From Phocaeicola sp. (GTDB lineage: Bacteria; Bacteroidota; Bacteroidia; Bacteroidales; Bacteroidaceae): DNA of 64,000 nucleotides. Positions 18,883-29,278 of the stretch are shown piece after piece (position 1 is the stretch's first letter; each line of letters opens with the position of its first letter). The notes beneath the pieces were generated by a model, which was given only the letters and a program-made list of their open reading frames with translations, had not been told where the DNA came from and did no database searches. Both the position numbers and the translations under genes were made by a program. The stretch is from the NCBI GenBank assembly GCA_020026225.1, contig JAHHQU010000002.1, positions 16,810 to 80,809 of the forward strand. The letters are read 5' to 3'.

Positions 18883-20958
18883 TTATTTAACGACAATCTC
18901 ATCTACGAATAAAACACCACCAAGTTCCTTGCTTGGCAATGCCTGATAATGGACGTAACGAGCTTTCGTTTTACCTTCCCATCCGAAATTCTTGAAAGCG
19001 ATACCTCCATCACGAGATACCTTATTATCTATTTCGGCCAATTGGGTATATTCCTTATCATCTGCAGAGACAGAGATAATAATCTTTCCCGGCATAAAGA
19101 CATCTGCTCCTGAAGCTTGCATGAAGTCAGCTCCAATAGACTTCACATCCATTTCTTTTTCCAAGTCAATGATTACATCAACCCCTTTCTTGGAAATGAA
19201 AGCCTGCCAGCATTTATCCTGGTAAGTCCAGTTTCCACGAATACCATCCGTCAAAGTAGCCTCACCGTTGGCTGGATAATTTGACCATGCAGCTGCCACA
19301 TAACGCACCTTCTTATTCAAAGCCAAGTGCTGGATAGGAGCTTTCGATTCTTCGCGGTCACCAATCTGATTCTTCAAGTCAAAAGGATGATATCCTTTCT
19401 GCTTCAACTCCTCCACAATATTCAGAGCACGTTCTTTGAAATCCGGCCATGAACGATTTTCCTGCTTTGACCAAGCCACTTCAGCAATGGCAATCATACG
19501 AGGATAAAGCATGTATTCAGCATGTTCAGGAGTTGGAACATATTCTGTCCACAGATTGCCCTGTACCCCATGCATCAATCTTCTTTCTTCTATGGTCAAC
19601 GAATCAGGTATCGGATTATAGCTATATACTTTTTCCAAAGTACGATAACCTCCGATAGCTTCCGGCTGTGAAGATGGAGCATCCTGATAAGCATCCAAGT
19701 AACAGAATTCACCGGGAGTCATGATGGCATGGTGTCCCGCATGAATGGCCTTCAAGCCACCCTCCGTACCACGCCAAGACATAACAGTGGCGTTCGGAGC
19801 CAATCCACCTTCCAATATTTCATCCCATCCCAACAAATTACGGTCGTGTTCGTTCAAGAAACGTTCCATACGTTTGATGAGATAACTCTGCAGTTCTTCC
19901 ACATTCTTCAGACCTTCTTTCTTCATGCGAGCCTGGCACTTCGGGCAGACTTTCCAAGCTCCCTTACCTGCTTCATCACCGCCGATATGAATGTATTTTG
20001 ACGGGAAAAGTTCCATCACTTCCAAAAGAACATTTTCCAAGAATTCAAAAGTCTTTTCATTACCTACACAGAAACTTCCCTGCTTATAAGGCTCATTGGT
20101 ACATGACAGTTCTGGGTAGGCCGTAGTAACTTCCTCAGAGTGTCCCGGCATCTCGATTTCTGGAATGACGGTAATATAATGCTGAGCGGCATAAGCCACG
20201 ATTTCACGGATATCATCCTGGGTATAAAATCCCCCCTTTGCTCTCGGATCATTCTGTTCGCAATATTTACGGTCACCAAACCACCAAGGTTTCCATACAG
20301 CCGATGGACGCCAAGCGGCAAATTCAGTAAGTCGAGGGTATTTCTTTATTTCAATGCGCCAGCCGGCAGCATCGGTAAGATGCAAATGAAGACGATTGAT
20401 CTTGTAGTAAGCTAAGATATCAATCTGCTTTTTCACAAATTCCTTACTGAAAAAGTGACGAGACACATCCAACATCATACCACGATAATTGAAACGCGGC
20501 TCATCCTTAATTTCTACAGCAGGAATAGATTCGCCATCATCAGCCATCTGCAAAAGAGACTGCAAACCATAAAACAAGCCGGCACCAGACAAAGCTTCAA
20601 TCTGCACTCCTTTTGAATTGGAACGCAACACATAACCTTCTGGTGAAGTGATTCCCTCCAACGTCTTGACCTGACGAAGAACGATCCCTTGATCAGCAGT
20701 CTTTTCATCAGCCAACTGCAGTTTCAAAGGCGAAGCCTGCATATAAGCTCCCAATATCGCTCTGTCTTCTTCAGGAGCATCAATATAAAGTTTATCCGAT
20801 GCGCTCAAGCGGAACGAACCTTTCTGCCAGACAACCTCCGATGGTATCGGAGTGATGTCCAAAGAACCTTCTTCAGGAGTAGAATCACATCCTGCCAATT
20901 GGGTGCCTGCCAAAACAAACGAAGCACCAAACATTACCTTTGATAACAAACTTGCCAT
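18883..20958 (-). CDS. GH20 beta-N-acetylhexosaminidase (lipoprotein) with C-terminal F5/8-type domain
   Basis: PRFNYRGMMLDVSRHF, EIEMPGH, catalytic HIGGDE and QGNLWTEY motifs, with lipobox LAGC. The start was set to ATG 20958. Confidence 0.93.
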   Translation of the reverse strand: MASLLSKVMFGASFVLAGTQLAGCDSTPEEGSLDITPIPSEVVWQKGSFRLSASDKLYIDAPEEDRAILGAYMQASPLKLQLADEKTADQGIVLRQVKTLEGITSPEGYVLRSNSKGVQIEALSGAGLFYGLQSLLQMADDGESIPAVEIKDEPRFNYRGMMLDVSRHFFSKEFVKKQIDILAYYKINRLHLHLTDAAGWRIEIKKYPRLTEFAAWRPSAVWKPWWFGDRKYCEQNDPRAKGGFYTQDDIREIVAYAAQHYITVIPEIEMPGHSEEVTTAYPELSCTNEPYKQGSFCVGNEKTFEFLENVLLEVMELFPSKYIHIGGDEAGKGAWKVCPKCQARMKKEGLKNVEELQSYLIKRMERFLNEHDRNLLGWDEILEGGLAPNATVMSWRGTEGGLKAIHAGHHAIMTPGEFCYLDAYQDAPSSQPEAIGGYRTLEKVYSYNPIPDSLTIEERRLMHGVQGNLWTEYVPTPEHAEYMLYPRMIAIAEVAWSKQENRSWPDFKERALNIVEELKQKGYHPFDLKNQIGDREESKAPIQHLALNKKVRYVAAAWSNYPANGEATLTDGIRGNWTYQDKCWQAFISKKGVDVIIDLEKEMDVKSIGADFMQASGADVFMPGKIIISVSADDKEYTQLAEIDNKVSRDGGIAFKNFGWEGKTKARYVHYQALPSKELGGVLFVDEIVVK

Positions 20959-20965
20959 AGTACAA

Positions 20966-23296
20966 TCAATACAAAGAAATTTCATCTACAAACAAGAATC
21001 CTACGCCACCATGGCCTTGATGCCATGCAGGAATAGTACGTTCGCTCAAAGCTTTCACTTTTACATAACGTGTCTTAACAGGAGTGAACTTCAACTCATG
21101 GGTATAAATCTGGTTCGGATCTGTTTCCTTCATCACAGGATAAGATTCAGAAGCAACTTCCTTAAAGGTCTTGTTATCATCCGATACCAAAACAGTAATG
21201 CCACGGGCATCAAATACCCAATCTCCTTTTTCTACGCAAGTATTCAAAACCATAGAAGAAATTTCAGTGGGCTCCAACAAATCAATGACCGCTTCCATAT
21301 CATTGCCATTGAATGCAATCCAACGACCTGTCTTATAGTTGTGATTTCCTTTCATACCATCATTCAAGACTGAAGCACCCTCAAATTTATACTGTTCATT
21401 AATCGGCTGCAACATGGTTATCGGCTTCATAGAAGATTTGCTGAAATCAATCACATCCTTAGTGATGCGTGTTGCACCTTCTGGACGAATAGCAACGGTA
21501 CGCAATACAACCGGTTTGTCAATCTGGATAGGACCAGAATATTTCTGTGACTGAGCCGTAGGTTCAGAACCGTCCAAGGTATAATAAATCGGAGAATTGT
21601 CGATAGTGCTAGCTTTAGCCTCCATGATTCCCTTTTCAGTATTCGGAGTAAGTTTCAGATTTACGTCATAAATATGAGTTGCATAGTTCCATCCCTTCAA
21701 TTTATAGATTTCAATTAAACGAGGAACACGCTGCAAGAACTGTTCGTAATTCTTCTTGCTCTGTTCGCACCATTGAGTTTCACACAAAGCGGCGATACGA
21801 GGAAGAACCATGTACTGTACCTGACTGAATGTAGGCATATATTCTGTCCAAACATTCGCCTGAACACCAATGATATGTTTTTGCTCTTCCGCTGTCAAAG
21901 TTTTCGGCATAGGGTTATAACTGTACACTCTTTCCATAGGCAAATACCCACCGATAGCCAAAGGTTCAGCATCCTTGTCGATAGCCTGATAGTAGTCAAA
22001 ATAGACATAAGTATTCGGCGTCATTACCACGTCGTGATTCAAACGAGCCGCTTCAATACCACCAGCTTCGCCACGCCAAGACATTACAGTCGCATTCGGA
22101 GCCAGACCTCCTTCAAGTGTTTCATCCCAGCCTATCATCTGACGGCCTTTAGAATTCAAGAATTCTTCTGCAGCATGAATCACGTAACTCTGCAAACGCT
22201 CTTCCTTGGTATGTTTCTTATCCGACTTCAAGCCCAGCGCTTTAATACGAGCCTGACATTTCGGACAAGTCGCCCATTGAGTCTTCGGACATTCATCACC
22301 ACCTACATGAATATAAGTGGAAGGGAAAATGCCTATAATCTCGTCCAAGACGTCTCTTACAAACTGAATAGCCTTATCATTACCCGCACAAAGCACATTG
22401 TCTGAAATGCCCCATTGAGTCCACACTTCATACGGACCGCCTGTACAGCCAAATTCAGGATATGCAGACAAAGCAGCCTGCATGTGTCCAGGAAGGTCTA
22501 TTTCCGGAACTACAGTGATATAACGTTCAGCAGCATAAGCTACAATTTCTTTTGCTTGTTTTTGAGTATAGAAACCACCGTAAGGAATACCGTCATATTT
22601 ACCTGAGTTATGACCGATTACCGTTTCCTTACGCTTAGAACCGATTTCGGTCAGTTTAGGATATTTCTTGATTTCAATACGCCAGCCTTGGTCTTCTGAA
22701 AGATGCCAGTGAAAACGGTTCACATTATGCAAAGCTAACATATCAATATAAGTCTTGATTTCATCCATAGTAAAGAAGTGTCGACCTACATCCAACATCA
22801 TACCACGATAACTGAAACGAGGTTTGTCTGCTATTTCCACTGCAGGAAGTTCCACATCCGTTCCCTGAGAAACAGCTATTGATTTACGGAGAGTCTGGAT
22901 TCCATAAAAGACTCCGGCTTCCGACGGTGCACTGATGGTAACCTGGTCACCGGTAACTTTCAAGAGATAAGCTTCAGGATTTTCCTCCGATAGTCCCAAG
23001 GACAAAACGATTTTTCCTTTCGCTCCCTCCCCTTCTTTGACATTCAATTCGATACCAGTCTGTTCTTTGATGTAGCCAGCCAAGAATTCAGCATTCTTCT
23101 TCATCATTTCATTTCCGGCCGGATAACATACCGATACGCCATTCTTCAATAAGAATGCTGTCTGATGAGCAGAAGAGATTTCCAACGGAGACGGTACGAT
23201 CTGATAATCAGCCACTGCCGTTTGATGAGTGCAGGATGCAGCCAGCAAACCAGCCAACGACATTCCTAACAACATGTTTTTAGAAAAAGGATTCAT
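20966..23296 (-). CDS. GH20 beta-N-acetylhexosaminidase (lipoprotein) with Fn3-associated and F5/8-type domains
   Basis: PRFSYRGMMLDVGRHF, HVGGDE, QANVWTEY and IYYTLDGSEPT motifs, with lipobox AASC. Confidence 0.93.
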   Translation of the reverse strand: MNPFSKNMLLGMSLAGLLAASCTHQTAVADYQIVPSPLEISSAHQTAFLLKNGVSVCYPAGNEMMKKNAEFLAGYIKEQTGIELNVKEGEGAKGKIVLSLGLSEENPEAYLLKVTGDQVTISAPSEAGVFYGIQTLRKSIAVSQGTDVELPAVEIADKPRFSYRGMMLDVGRHFFTMDEIKTYIDMLALHNVNRFHWHLSEDQGWRIEIKKYPKLTEIGSKRKETVIGHNSGKYDGIPYGGFYTQKQAKEIVAYAAERYITVVPEIDLPGHMQAALSAYPEFGCTGGPYEVWTQWGISDNVLCAGNDKAIQFVRDVLDEIIGIFPSTYIHVGGDECPKTQWATCPKCQARIKALGLKSDKKHTKEERLQSYVIHAAEEFLNSKGRQMIGWDETLEGGLAPNATVMSWRGEAGGIEAARLNHDVVMTPNTYVYFDYYQAIDKDAEPLAIGGYLPMERVYSYNPMPKTLTAEEQKHIIGVQANVWTEYMPTFSQVQYMVLPRIAALCETQWCEQSKKNYEQFLQRVPRLIEIYKLKGWNYATHIYDVNLKLTPNTEKGIMEAKASTIDNSPIYYTLDGSEPTAQSQKYSGPIQIDKPVVLRTVAIRPEGATRITKDVIDFSKSSMKPITMLQPINEQYKFEGASVLNDGMKGNHNYKTGRWIAFNGNDMEAVIDLLEPTEISSMVLNTCVEKGDWVFDARGITVLVSDDNKTFKEVASESYPVMKETDPNQIYTHELKFTPVKTRYVKVKALSERTIPAWHQGHGGVGFLFVDEISLY

Positions 23297-23635
23297 AAAT
23301 GTATCTGTTTAAAAATTAAAAATTCAACGGTAAGATATCCCCATTACCCCTCTTTTCAGTCTCCTTCCACGCATGTTCATAGCAAGTTCAAGACTTCCAA
23401 TCCGGTTCAAAGAATATAGTATTCCATTTTACGAAGTAAAAATAAGTAAAATCTTTTAAACTAAAAAATAGAGATTCATTTTCCACCCAACCGGCTTTGT
23501 AAAAGAACTCCTCAAAATCCGAAGAATTGGCATTAAAAGTATCAAAAAAAAGACATTTTTCGCAACAATTTCTACAAGAGGTCGAATCTTTCTTCGTATC
23601 TTTAACCACAAAATTAATTTTACTCAAAACCTACT

Positions 23636-26272
23636 ATGATTAAAAAGTTTATTTTTGCCGCTTGTTTAGCAAGTGCATTCAGCTTTTGGGGATGTTCTTC
23701 AGATCATTTCATAAAAGAAGCTGATTTCCGTACAAAAGTCGAAAATGATTTCCAGGACAAGCAACAAGTGCTGTCTCATGGAGACCTTTTCTCTGTGTTT
23801 AACCAAAAATTGACTGTCGAAGAACAGGAAGCTTTGAAGTTTCTTTACGCTTACATGCCATTGACAGACATTGCAGACTATTCAGGGGAGTTTTTCTTGA
23901 ACAACGTCCGTCTCTCTTTGGCTACACGCAAAGAATCCACTTGGGGCAAGAATATTCCAGACCTCATATTCCGTCACTTCGTATTGCCTATCCGTATCAA
24001 CAATGAAAATATGGACAACTCTCGTGAAGTTTTCAGCAAGGAACTTTGGGAGCGTGTAAAAAATCTTTCCATGCACGATGCGGTATTGGAAGTCAATCAT
24101 TGGTGCCATGAAAAAGTGGTTTATACCCCATCCGACAATCGTACCAGTGCCCCTTTGGCATCTGTAAGAACAGCTTATGGACGTTGCGGTGAAGAATCAA
24201 CCTTCTTAGTAGCTGCCTTGCGTGCAGTTGGCATTCCAGCACGTCAGGTATATACTCCACGTTGGGCACATACAGACGACAATCATGCATGGGTAGAAGC
24301 ATGGGTAGACGGCAAATGGTTCTTCTTAGGTGCCTGCGAACCTGAACCAGTTCTTAACCTAGGTTGGTTCAACGCCCCTGCAAGCCGTGGTATGCTGATG
24401 CATACAAAGGTTTTCGGAGCATACAACGGTCCTGAGGACGTTATGCAACAAACAGCCAACTATACAGAAATCAACATCATTGACAATTATGCAAAGAGTG
24501 CCAACTCCACCATCACTGTCACCGACGAGAAAGGACGTCCAATCGTAAATACCAATATCGAATTCAAAGTTTACAACTACGCAGAATTCTTTACTGTTTC
24601 TCGCAAAAACACCGATGGTAAAGGTCAAGCTACATTGAAATCTGGCTTGGGCGACATGTTGGTAGTTGCAAGCGATAAAGATAAATTCGGCTATACCAAA
24701 GTGTCATTTGGCAAAGATGCAGAAAAGACCATCGTATTGAACCACCAGTCAGGCGAAGTATTCTCAGAAGCTTTGGATATGATTCCTCCTGTAGAAAACT
24801 TAAATGCTCCTGAAGTCACCAAAGAGCAGCGTGCGGAAAATACACGTCGCATGAGCGAAGAAGATGCTATCCGTAATGCATACGTAGCAAGTTTCCCAAC
24901 CGCAGAAAAGGCTGAAGCATTCGGCAAAGAATTGAATTTGGATGCTCAAAAGGTAGCTACCTTCATCGTCAAATCACGAGGCAATTATGCCGACATCATG
25001 CAATTCTTGAAAAATGCAGTTGCGAAGAACAAAGGAGAACGTGCTTTGGCTCTTTTAGGTACAGTAACAGACAAAGACTTGAGAGACACTCCATGCAATG
25101 TTTTGGAAGACCACTTGTACAATACGCCAGACGATGCAGATGTAGAAAAAGTTTTGGCTCCACGCATCGCATTGGAACTGCTTACTCCTTACCGTTCATT
25201 CTTCCAAAAGAACATCCCTGCCGACTTGGCCGAACTGTTCAAGAAGAATCCGCAGAACTTGGTAGAATGGTGTAAAAAGAACTTGTCCGTTCGCGATGAT
25301 TTGAATACTGGTTCAACATTCACTTCACCGGAAGGAACTTGGAAAAGCCGCGTAATCGATCAAAAATCACGTGACATCTTCTTCGTTGCCGTAGCCAGAA
25401 GCTTGAACATTGAAGCATGGCAAGATCAAGTAAACAACAACATTTACTACATGGCCAACAATGAACGCGTTCAAGTTAAGTTTGAAGCTGCTGAAGCTGC
25501 GATAAGCAAACCGTCAGAAGGCACGTTGAAATTGACCTATAAACCCATCCAACGCTTGAGCGATCCTAAATACTATTCTCACTTCAGTATCTCGAAGTTT
25601 GAGAACGGTACATTCCATTTGTTGAGCTATCCAGAAGGTTCTACTTGGAATTCAATCTTCAAAAAAGGAACTCCTATTGAAGCAGGTTACTACATGTTAG
25701 TATCTGGTAGCCGTATGGCAAATGGCGGTGTATTGAGCAACATCAGTTTCTTCAATGTCACAGAAGGAGAAACAACAACTCTCGACCTGGTGATGAGAGA
25801 AAATGCAAAAGATATTCAGGTTATCGGACAATTCAACTCTGAACTGACTTATTTTGACGTTAAACAGAATAAAGAAACATCAGTGTTGAATACAACCGGA
25901 AGAGGCTATTATGTAGTTGCAGTCTTAGGTGTAAACCAAGAACCTACCAACCATGCCTTGAAAGACATTGAAGTGAAAAAAGCAGATTTCGAAAAGTGGG
26001 GACGCAAGATGATCTTACTCTTCACCGACAAAGAATCATATGCTAAGTTTGACAGCAAACACTTCCCGAATTTGCCTTCAACTATCACCTACGGCATTGA
26101 TACCGATGGTAAGATCCGTAAGGAGATAGTTGAAAACATGAAACTGACTAAAGGCGGTCAATTGCCAGTAGTGATTATCGGTGACACATTCAATCGAATC
26201 GTCTTCGAATCACATGGTTACACCATTGGATTAGGAGAACAGATGATTCACGTTATTCATGGTCTGAAATAG
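23636..26272 (+). CDS. Transglutaminase-like (PNGase-like core) lipoprotein
   Basis: Lipobox FWGC and the core GRCGEESTFLVAALRAVGIPAR...NHAWVEAWVDGKWFFLGACE (Cys184, His217). Confidence 0.85.
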   Translation: MIKKFIFAACLASAFSFWGCSSDHFIKEADFRTKVENDFQDKQQVLSHGDLFSVFNQKLTVEEQEALKFLYAYMPLTDIADYSGEFFLNNVRLSLATRKESTWGKNIPDLIFRHFVLPIRINNENMDNSREVFSKELWERVKNLSMHDAVLEVNHWCHEKVVYTPSDNRTSAPLASVRTAYGRCGEESTFLVAALRAVGIPARQVYTPRWAHTDDNHAWVEAWVDGKWFFLGACEPEPVLNLGWFNAPASRGMLMHTKVFGAYNGPEDVMQQTANYTEINIIDNYAKSANSTITVTDEKGRPIVNTNIEFKVYNYAEFFTVSRKNTDGKGQATLKSGLGDMLVVASDKDKFGYTKVSFGKDAEKTIVLNHQSGEVFSEALDMIPPVENLNAPEVTKEQRAENTRRMSEEDAIRNAYVASFPTAEKAEAFGKELNLDAQKVATFIVKSRGNYADIMQFLKNAVAKNKGERALALLGTVTDKDLRDTPCNVLEDHLYNTPDDADVEKVLAPRIALELLTPYRSFFQKNIPADLAELFKKNPQNLVEWCKKNLSVRDDLNTGSTFTSPEGTWKSRVIDQKSRDIFFVAVARSLNIEAWQDQVNNNIYYMANNERVQVKFEAAEAAISKPSEGTLKLTYKPIQRLSDPKYYSHFSISKFENGTFHLLSYPEGSTWNSIFKKGTPIEAGYYMLVSGSRMANGGVLSNISFFNVTEGETTTLDLVMRENAKDIQVIGQFNSELTYFDVKQNKETSVLNTTGRGYYVVAVLGVNQEPTNHALKDIEVKKADFEKWGRKMILLFTDKESYAKFDSKHFPNLPSTITYGIDTDGKIRKEIVENMKLTKGGQLPVVIIGDTFNRIVFESHGYTIGLGEQMIHVIHGLK

Positions 26273-27002
26273 AAAGAATCGTCTTTCTAACACGTGAAGC
26301 CGTGGTAACGGGATGAACATATTCATCTATTTGAACTGAACCTCCCATAGATAAAGCCGGATTGCGCAACTGCATCCGGCTTTCTTTATTTTCTCTTGCA
26401 GAGAAATGGAATTCAGAAGCACCGGTAATACGTGCCAATTCGGCAATATTGGATTCATTCACGCCACAGCCCGGCATAATGATGATGCGCCCCGCAGCCT
26501 GCTGAACCAATTCCGCCAAAAGAGCAGCACCTTTGATGGCTGCCGGCTGCTGACCGGATGTCAAGATACGGTCAACTCCCATCTCTATCAAAGTTTCCAT
26601 CACACGCTTGGGATCTTTCACGTAATCAAAGGCACGGTGGAAAGTTACCGCCATTCCTTCGGAAGCCTTCATCAAACGTGTCATGGCAGGCATATCCAAT
26701 TCTCCGTCCGGTGTCAAACAACCGAATACAACTCCATCGGCACCAGCCTCACGAGCTGCACGGATATCTTCTTCCATAATATCCAGTTCCAAGGGCGAAT
26801 ATAAGAAATCACCTCCACGGGGACGGATAATCACATGCAAACGAATGTCAATCAGTTTACGAGCCAGCTTGATCTCACCCAAAGAAGGAGTGGTTCCTCC
26901 TTCTGGCATAGCAGCACACAACTCTACACGCTGAGCTCCACCTTCTTGTGCAGCCAGACAGCTTTCAGCAGAATTAGCACAGATTTCAAATGTATACTTC
27001 AT
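26253..27002 (-). CDS. cutC: Copper homeostasis protein CutC (TIM barrel)
   Basis: EIC, GGAQRVELC, EGGTTPS, IRPRGGDF, TFHRAFD and RILTSG motifs. Confidence 0.93.
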   Translation of the reverse strand: MKYTFEICANSAESCLAAQEGGAQRVELCAAMPEGGTTPSLGEIKLARKLIDIRLHVIIRPRGGDFLYSPLELDIMEEDIRAAREAGADGVVFGCLTPDGELDMPAMTRLMKASEGMAVTFHRAFDYVKDPKRVMETLIEMGVDRILTSGQQPAAIKGAALLAELVQQAAGRIIIMPGCGVNESNIAELARITGASEFHFSARENKESRMQLRNPALSMGGSVQIDEYVHPVTTASRVRKTILSISDHE

Positions 27003-27030
27003 AATTTTAAATATAAGATATTTATTAAAT

Positions 27031-27091
27031 AAAAAGGCACGGCAACTCGGTTAGCACGTAATATGTACCTACCGCGTCTCCGCGCCTTATT
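27031..27091 (-). terminator. Imperfect hairpin/terminator downstream of the tRNA
   Basis: AAAAAGGCACGG...CCGCGCCTT, immediately 3' of the tRNA. Confidence 0.5.
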
Positions 27092-27093
27092 AG

Positions 27094-27165
27094 TACGCCC
27101 GTGGGGAGTCGAACCCCAATCGATGGAACCGGAATCCATTATTCTATCCATTGAACTACGAGCGC
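27094..27165 (-). tRNA. tRNA-Arg(CCG), CCA not encoded
   Basis: Reverse complement GCGCTCGTAGTTCAATGGATAGAATAATGGATTCCGGTTCCATCGATTGGGGTTCGACTCCCCACGGGCGTA shows acceptor stem, D-loop, anticodon arm ATGGA-TTCCGGT-TCCAT and T-loop GTTCGAC. A -7 box lies at 27196-27203. Confidence 0.95.
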
Positions 27166-27404
27166 ATATTCATGAAATTTCTTTCTGATGCAATGCAAAA
27201 ATACAAATTAATCGTCAACAGTACCAATTTTCATGAAAAAAAATATCTCATCTTTTTTCACTCCCTGTCATCGTATCTATCACAATTCCATCAATCAAGC
27301 TATATATATAGCATTTTGACAAAACAATATTTATTTTTAGTTGCATTATCACTTCAAATAATTAACTTTGCCTTCATAAATTATATATAAACAGATTTAT
27401 CACC

Positions 27405-28445
27405 ATGAGTTACCTTATAAGACCCAGCCACTATCATGCTTTGTTAGACATGAAACAGACCGAGCTTGGGATCAAACAAATCAAAGAATTTTTCCAGCAG
27501 AACCTATCGTCCGAACTACGTCTACGTCGAGTTACAGCTCCTTTATTTGTCCTGAAGGGAACTGGTATCAACGATGATTTAAGCGGAGTGGAGCGCGCCG
27601 TTTCTTTCCCTATCAAAGACTTGGGCGACCAAAAAGCAGAGGTCGTACATTCTTTGGCCAAATGGAAACGCGTAACATTGGCCGATTATCATATTGAACC
27701 GGGATATGGCATTTATACCGACATGAATGCCATCCGTGCCGATGAAGAATTGGGCAATCTCCATTCTTTATATGTCGACCAGTGGGATTGGGAACGAGTC
27801 ATCACCCCCAATCAACGCACAGTTCATTTTTTAAAGGATATAGTAACCCGTATCTACTCTGCAATGTACCGTACAGAATACATGGTATGCGAAATGTATC
27901 CTCAAATCGAACCTTTTTTACCCAAGGAAATTCATTTCATCCATGCAGAGGAACTGCTACAACTCTATCCCCACAAGACAGCCAAGGAACGGGAAGACTT
28001 GATCACCAGAAAATATGGAGCAGTCTTTATCATAGGTATCGGAGGCCAATTAAGCAATGGTGAACCGCATGATTTACGAGCTCCTGACTATGACGATTGG
28101 TCAACCATGGATCCATCTACCGGCTTACCGGGATTGAACGGTGACCTGCTGATCTGGAATGAAGTGCTGGATCGAGCTGTAGAACTCTCCTCTATGGGAA
28201 TACGTGTAGACAAAGAGGCCATGCTTCGCCAACTGGAACTGACAAACCAAAAAGAACGTTTGCAGCTCTATTTCCATAAACGCATGATGAACGACGAACT
28301 GCCTCTCTGCATCGGAGGAGGTATAGGACAGTCACGACTGTGTATGCTCTACCTGAAAAAAGCTCACATCGGAGAAATTCAAGCCAGCATCTGGCCTGAA
28401 GAGATGCGAAAAGAATGTAAAATGCTGGGCATCCCTCTGATATAA
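27405..28445 (+). CDS. asnA: Aspartate--ammonia ligase
   Basis: EVVHSLAKWKR, YVDQWDWE, RAPDYDDW, ELSSMGIRV and IGGGIGQSR motifs. A -7 box lies at 27363-27370. Confidence 0.96.
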   Translation: MSYLIRPSHYHALLDMKQTELGIKQIKEFFQQNLSSELRLRRVTAPLFVLKGTGINDDLSGVERAVSFPIKDLGDQKAEVVHSLAKWKRVTLADYHIEPGYGIYTDMNAIRADEELGNLHSLYVDQWDWERVITPNQRTVHFLKDIVTRIYSAMYRTEYMVCEMYPQIEPFLPKEIHFIHAEELLQLYPHKTAKEREDLITRKYGAVFIIGIGGQLSNGEPHDLRAPDYDDWSTMDPSTGLPGLNGDLLIWNEVLDRAVELSSMGIRVDKEAMLRQLELTNQKERLQLYFHKRMMNDELPLCIGGGIGQSRLCMLYLKKAHIGEIQASIWPEEMRKECKMLGIPLI

Positions 28446-28514
28446 TATCATAATTTTCCCTCACCCTATTCTTCATTGAAGCCAAGAAAGGTAGGATGAG
28501 GGAAAATTATGATA
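28446..28514. terminator. Bidirectional terminator-like hairpin between convergent asnA and ung
   Basis: TATCATAATTTTCCCTCA...TGAGGGAAAATTATGATA, an 18-bp perfect inverted repeat. Confidence 0.7.
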
Positions 28515-28515
28515 C

Positions 28516-29178
28516 TTACCAAGCAATAGGTTGTTCTCCGTGTTCTTGAAGATAGGCATTCGTTCTGCTGAAATGATGATTTCCAAAAAATCCATTATAA
28601 GCAGACAAAGGTGACGGGTGAACGGATGTCAATACCAAATGCCGGCTGCGGTCAATAAAAGCTCCTTTTTTTTGTGCATAAGATCCCCACAAGATAAAGA
28701 CCAAGTGTTCACGTTCTTCAGCCAATTTGCGAATAACTGCATCTGTAAACTCTTCCCATCCTCTACGCTGATGCGAACCAGCCAAATGAGCACGCACGGT
28801 AAGCGTAGCATTCAACAGCAAGACTCCTTGCTCTGCCCAACGGGTCAAATTACCGGTAGAAGGTACAGGAATACCCAAATCATTTTGAATTTCCTTGAAA
28901 ATATTCTGCAAAGAAGGTGGCATTGCCACTCCATCATTTACTGAAAAGCACAAGCCATGAGCCTGTCCGAGTCCATGATACGGATCTTGTCCGATAATAA
29001 CGACTTTCACCTTATCAAAAGGACAAAGATTAAAAGCATTAAATATCAGTTTTCCGGGAGGATATACCATAGTGGACTTGTACTCTTGACGAACAAAATC
29101 GGTGAGACGTACAAAGTAATCCTTGTCAAACTCATCACTTAAAGCCCTCTTCCATGTTTCTTCTATTAATACGTTCAT
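28516..29178 (-). CDS. ung: Uracil-DNA glycosylase
   Basis: GQDPYHG, GVLLLN and HPSPLS motifs. Confidence 0.97.
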   Translation of the reverse strand: MNVLIEETWKRALSDEFDKDYFVRLTDFVRQEYKSTMVYPPGKLIFNAFNLCPFDKVKVVIIGQDPYHGLGQAHGLCFSVNDGVAMPPSLQNIFKEIQNDLGIPVPSTGNLTRWAEQGVLLLNATLTVRAHLAGSHQRRGWEEFTDAVIRKLAEEREHLVFILWGSYAQKKGAFIDRSRHLVLTSVHPSPLSAYNGFFGNHHFSRTNAYLQEHGEQPIAW

Positions 29179-29278
29179 AATAACATTTATACCAACGCAT
29201 TGGCTGGATTTTAAATATATGCATAAAAAGTCTGACCAACTAAAAACGGCAAGTCCTTACGAGACATACCACAATACA

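Noticed and set aside
27094..27165. tRNA-Arg as an integration site for an island
   Set aside because: I saw no integrase and no duplicated tRNA 3' end, and the flanking genes are ordinary chromosomal genes.
27405..28445. asnA as part of the PNGase-like locus (recycling Asp and NH3)
   Set aside because: It has its own promoter, is separated by the tRNA, and sits in a housekeeping asnA-ung context. Proximity alone is not evidence.
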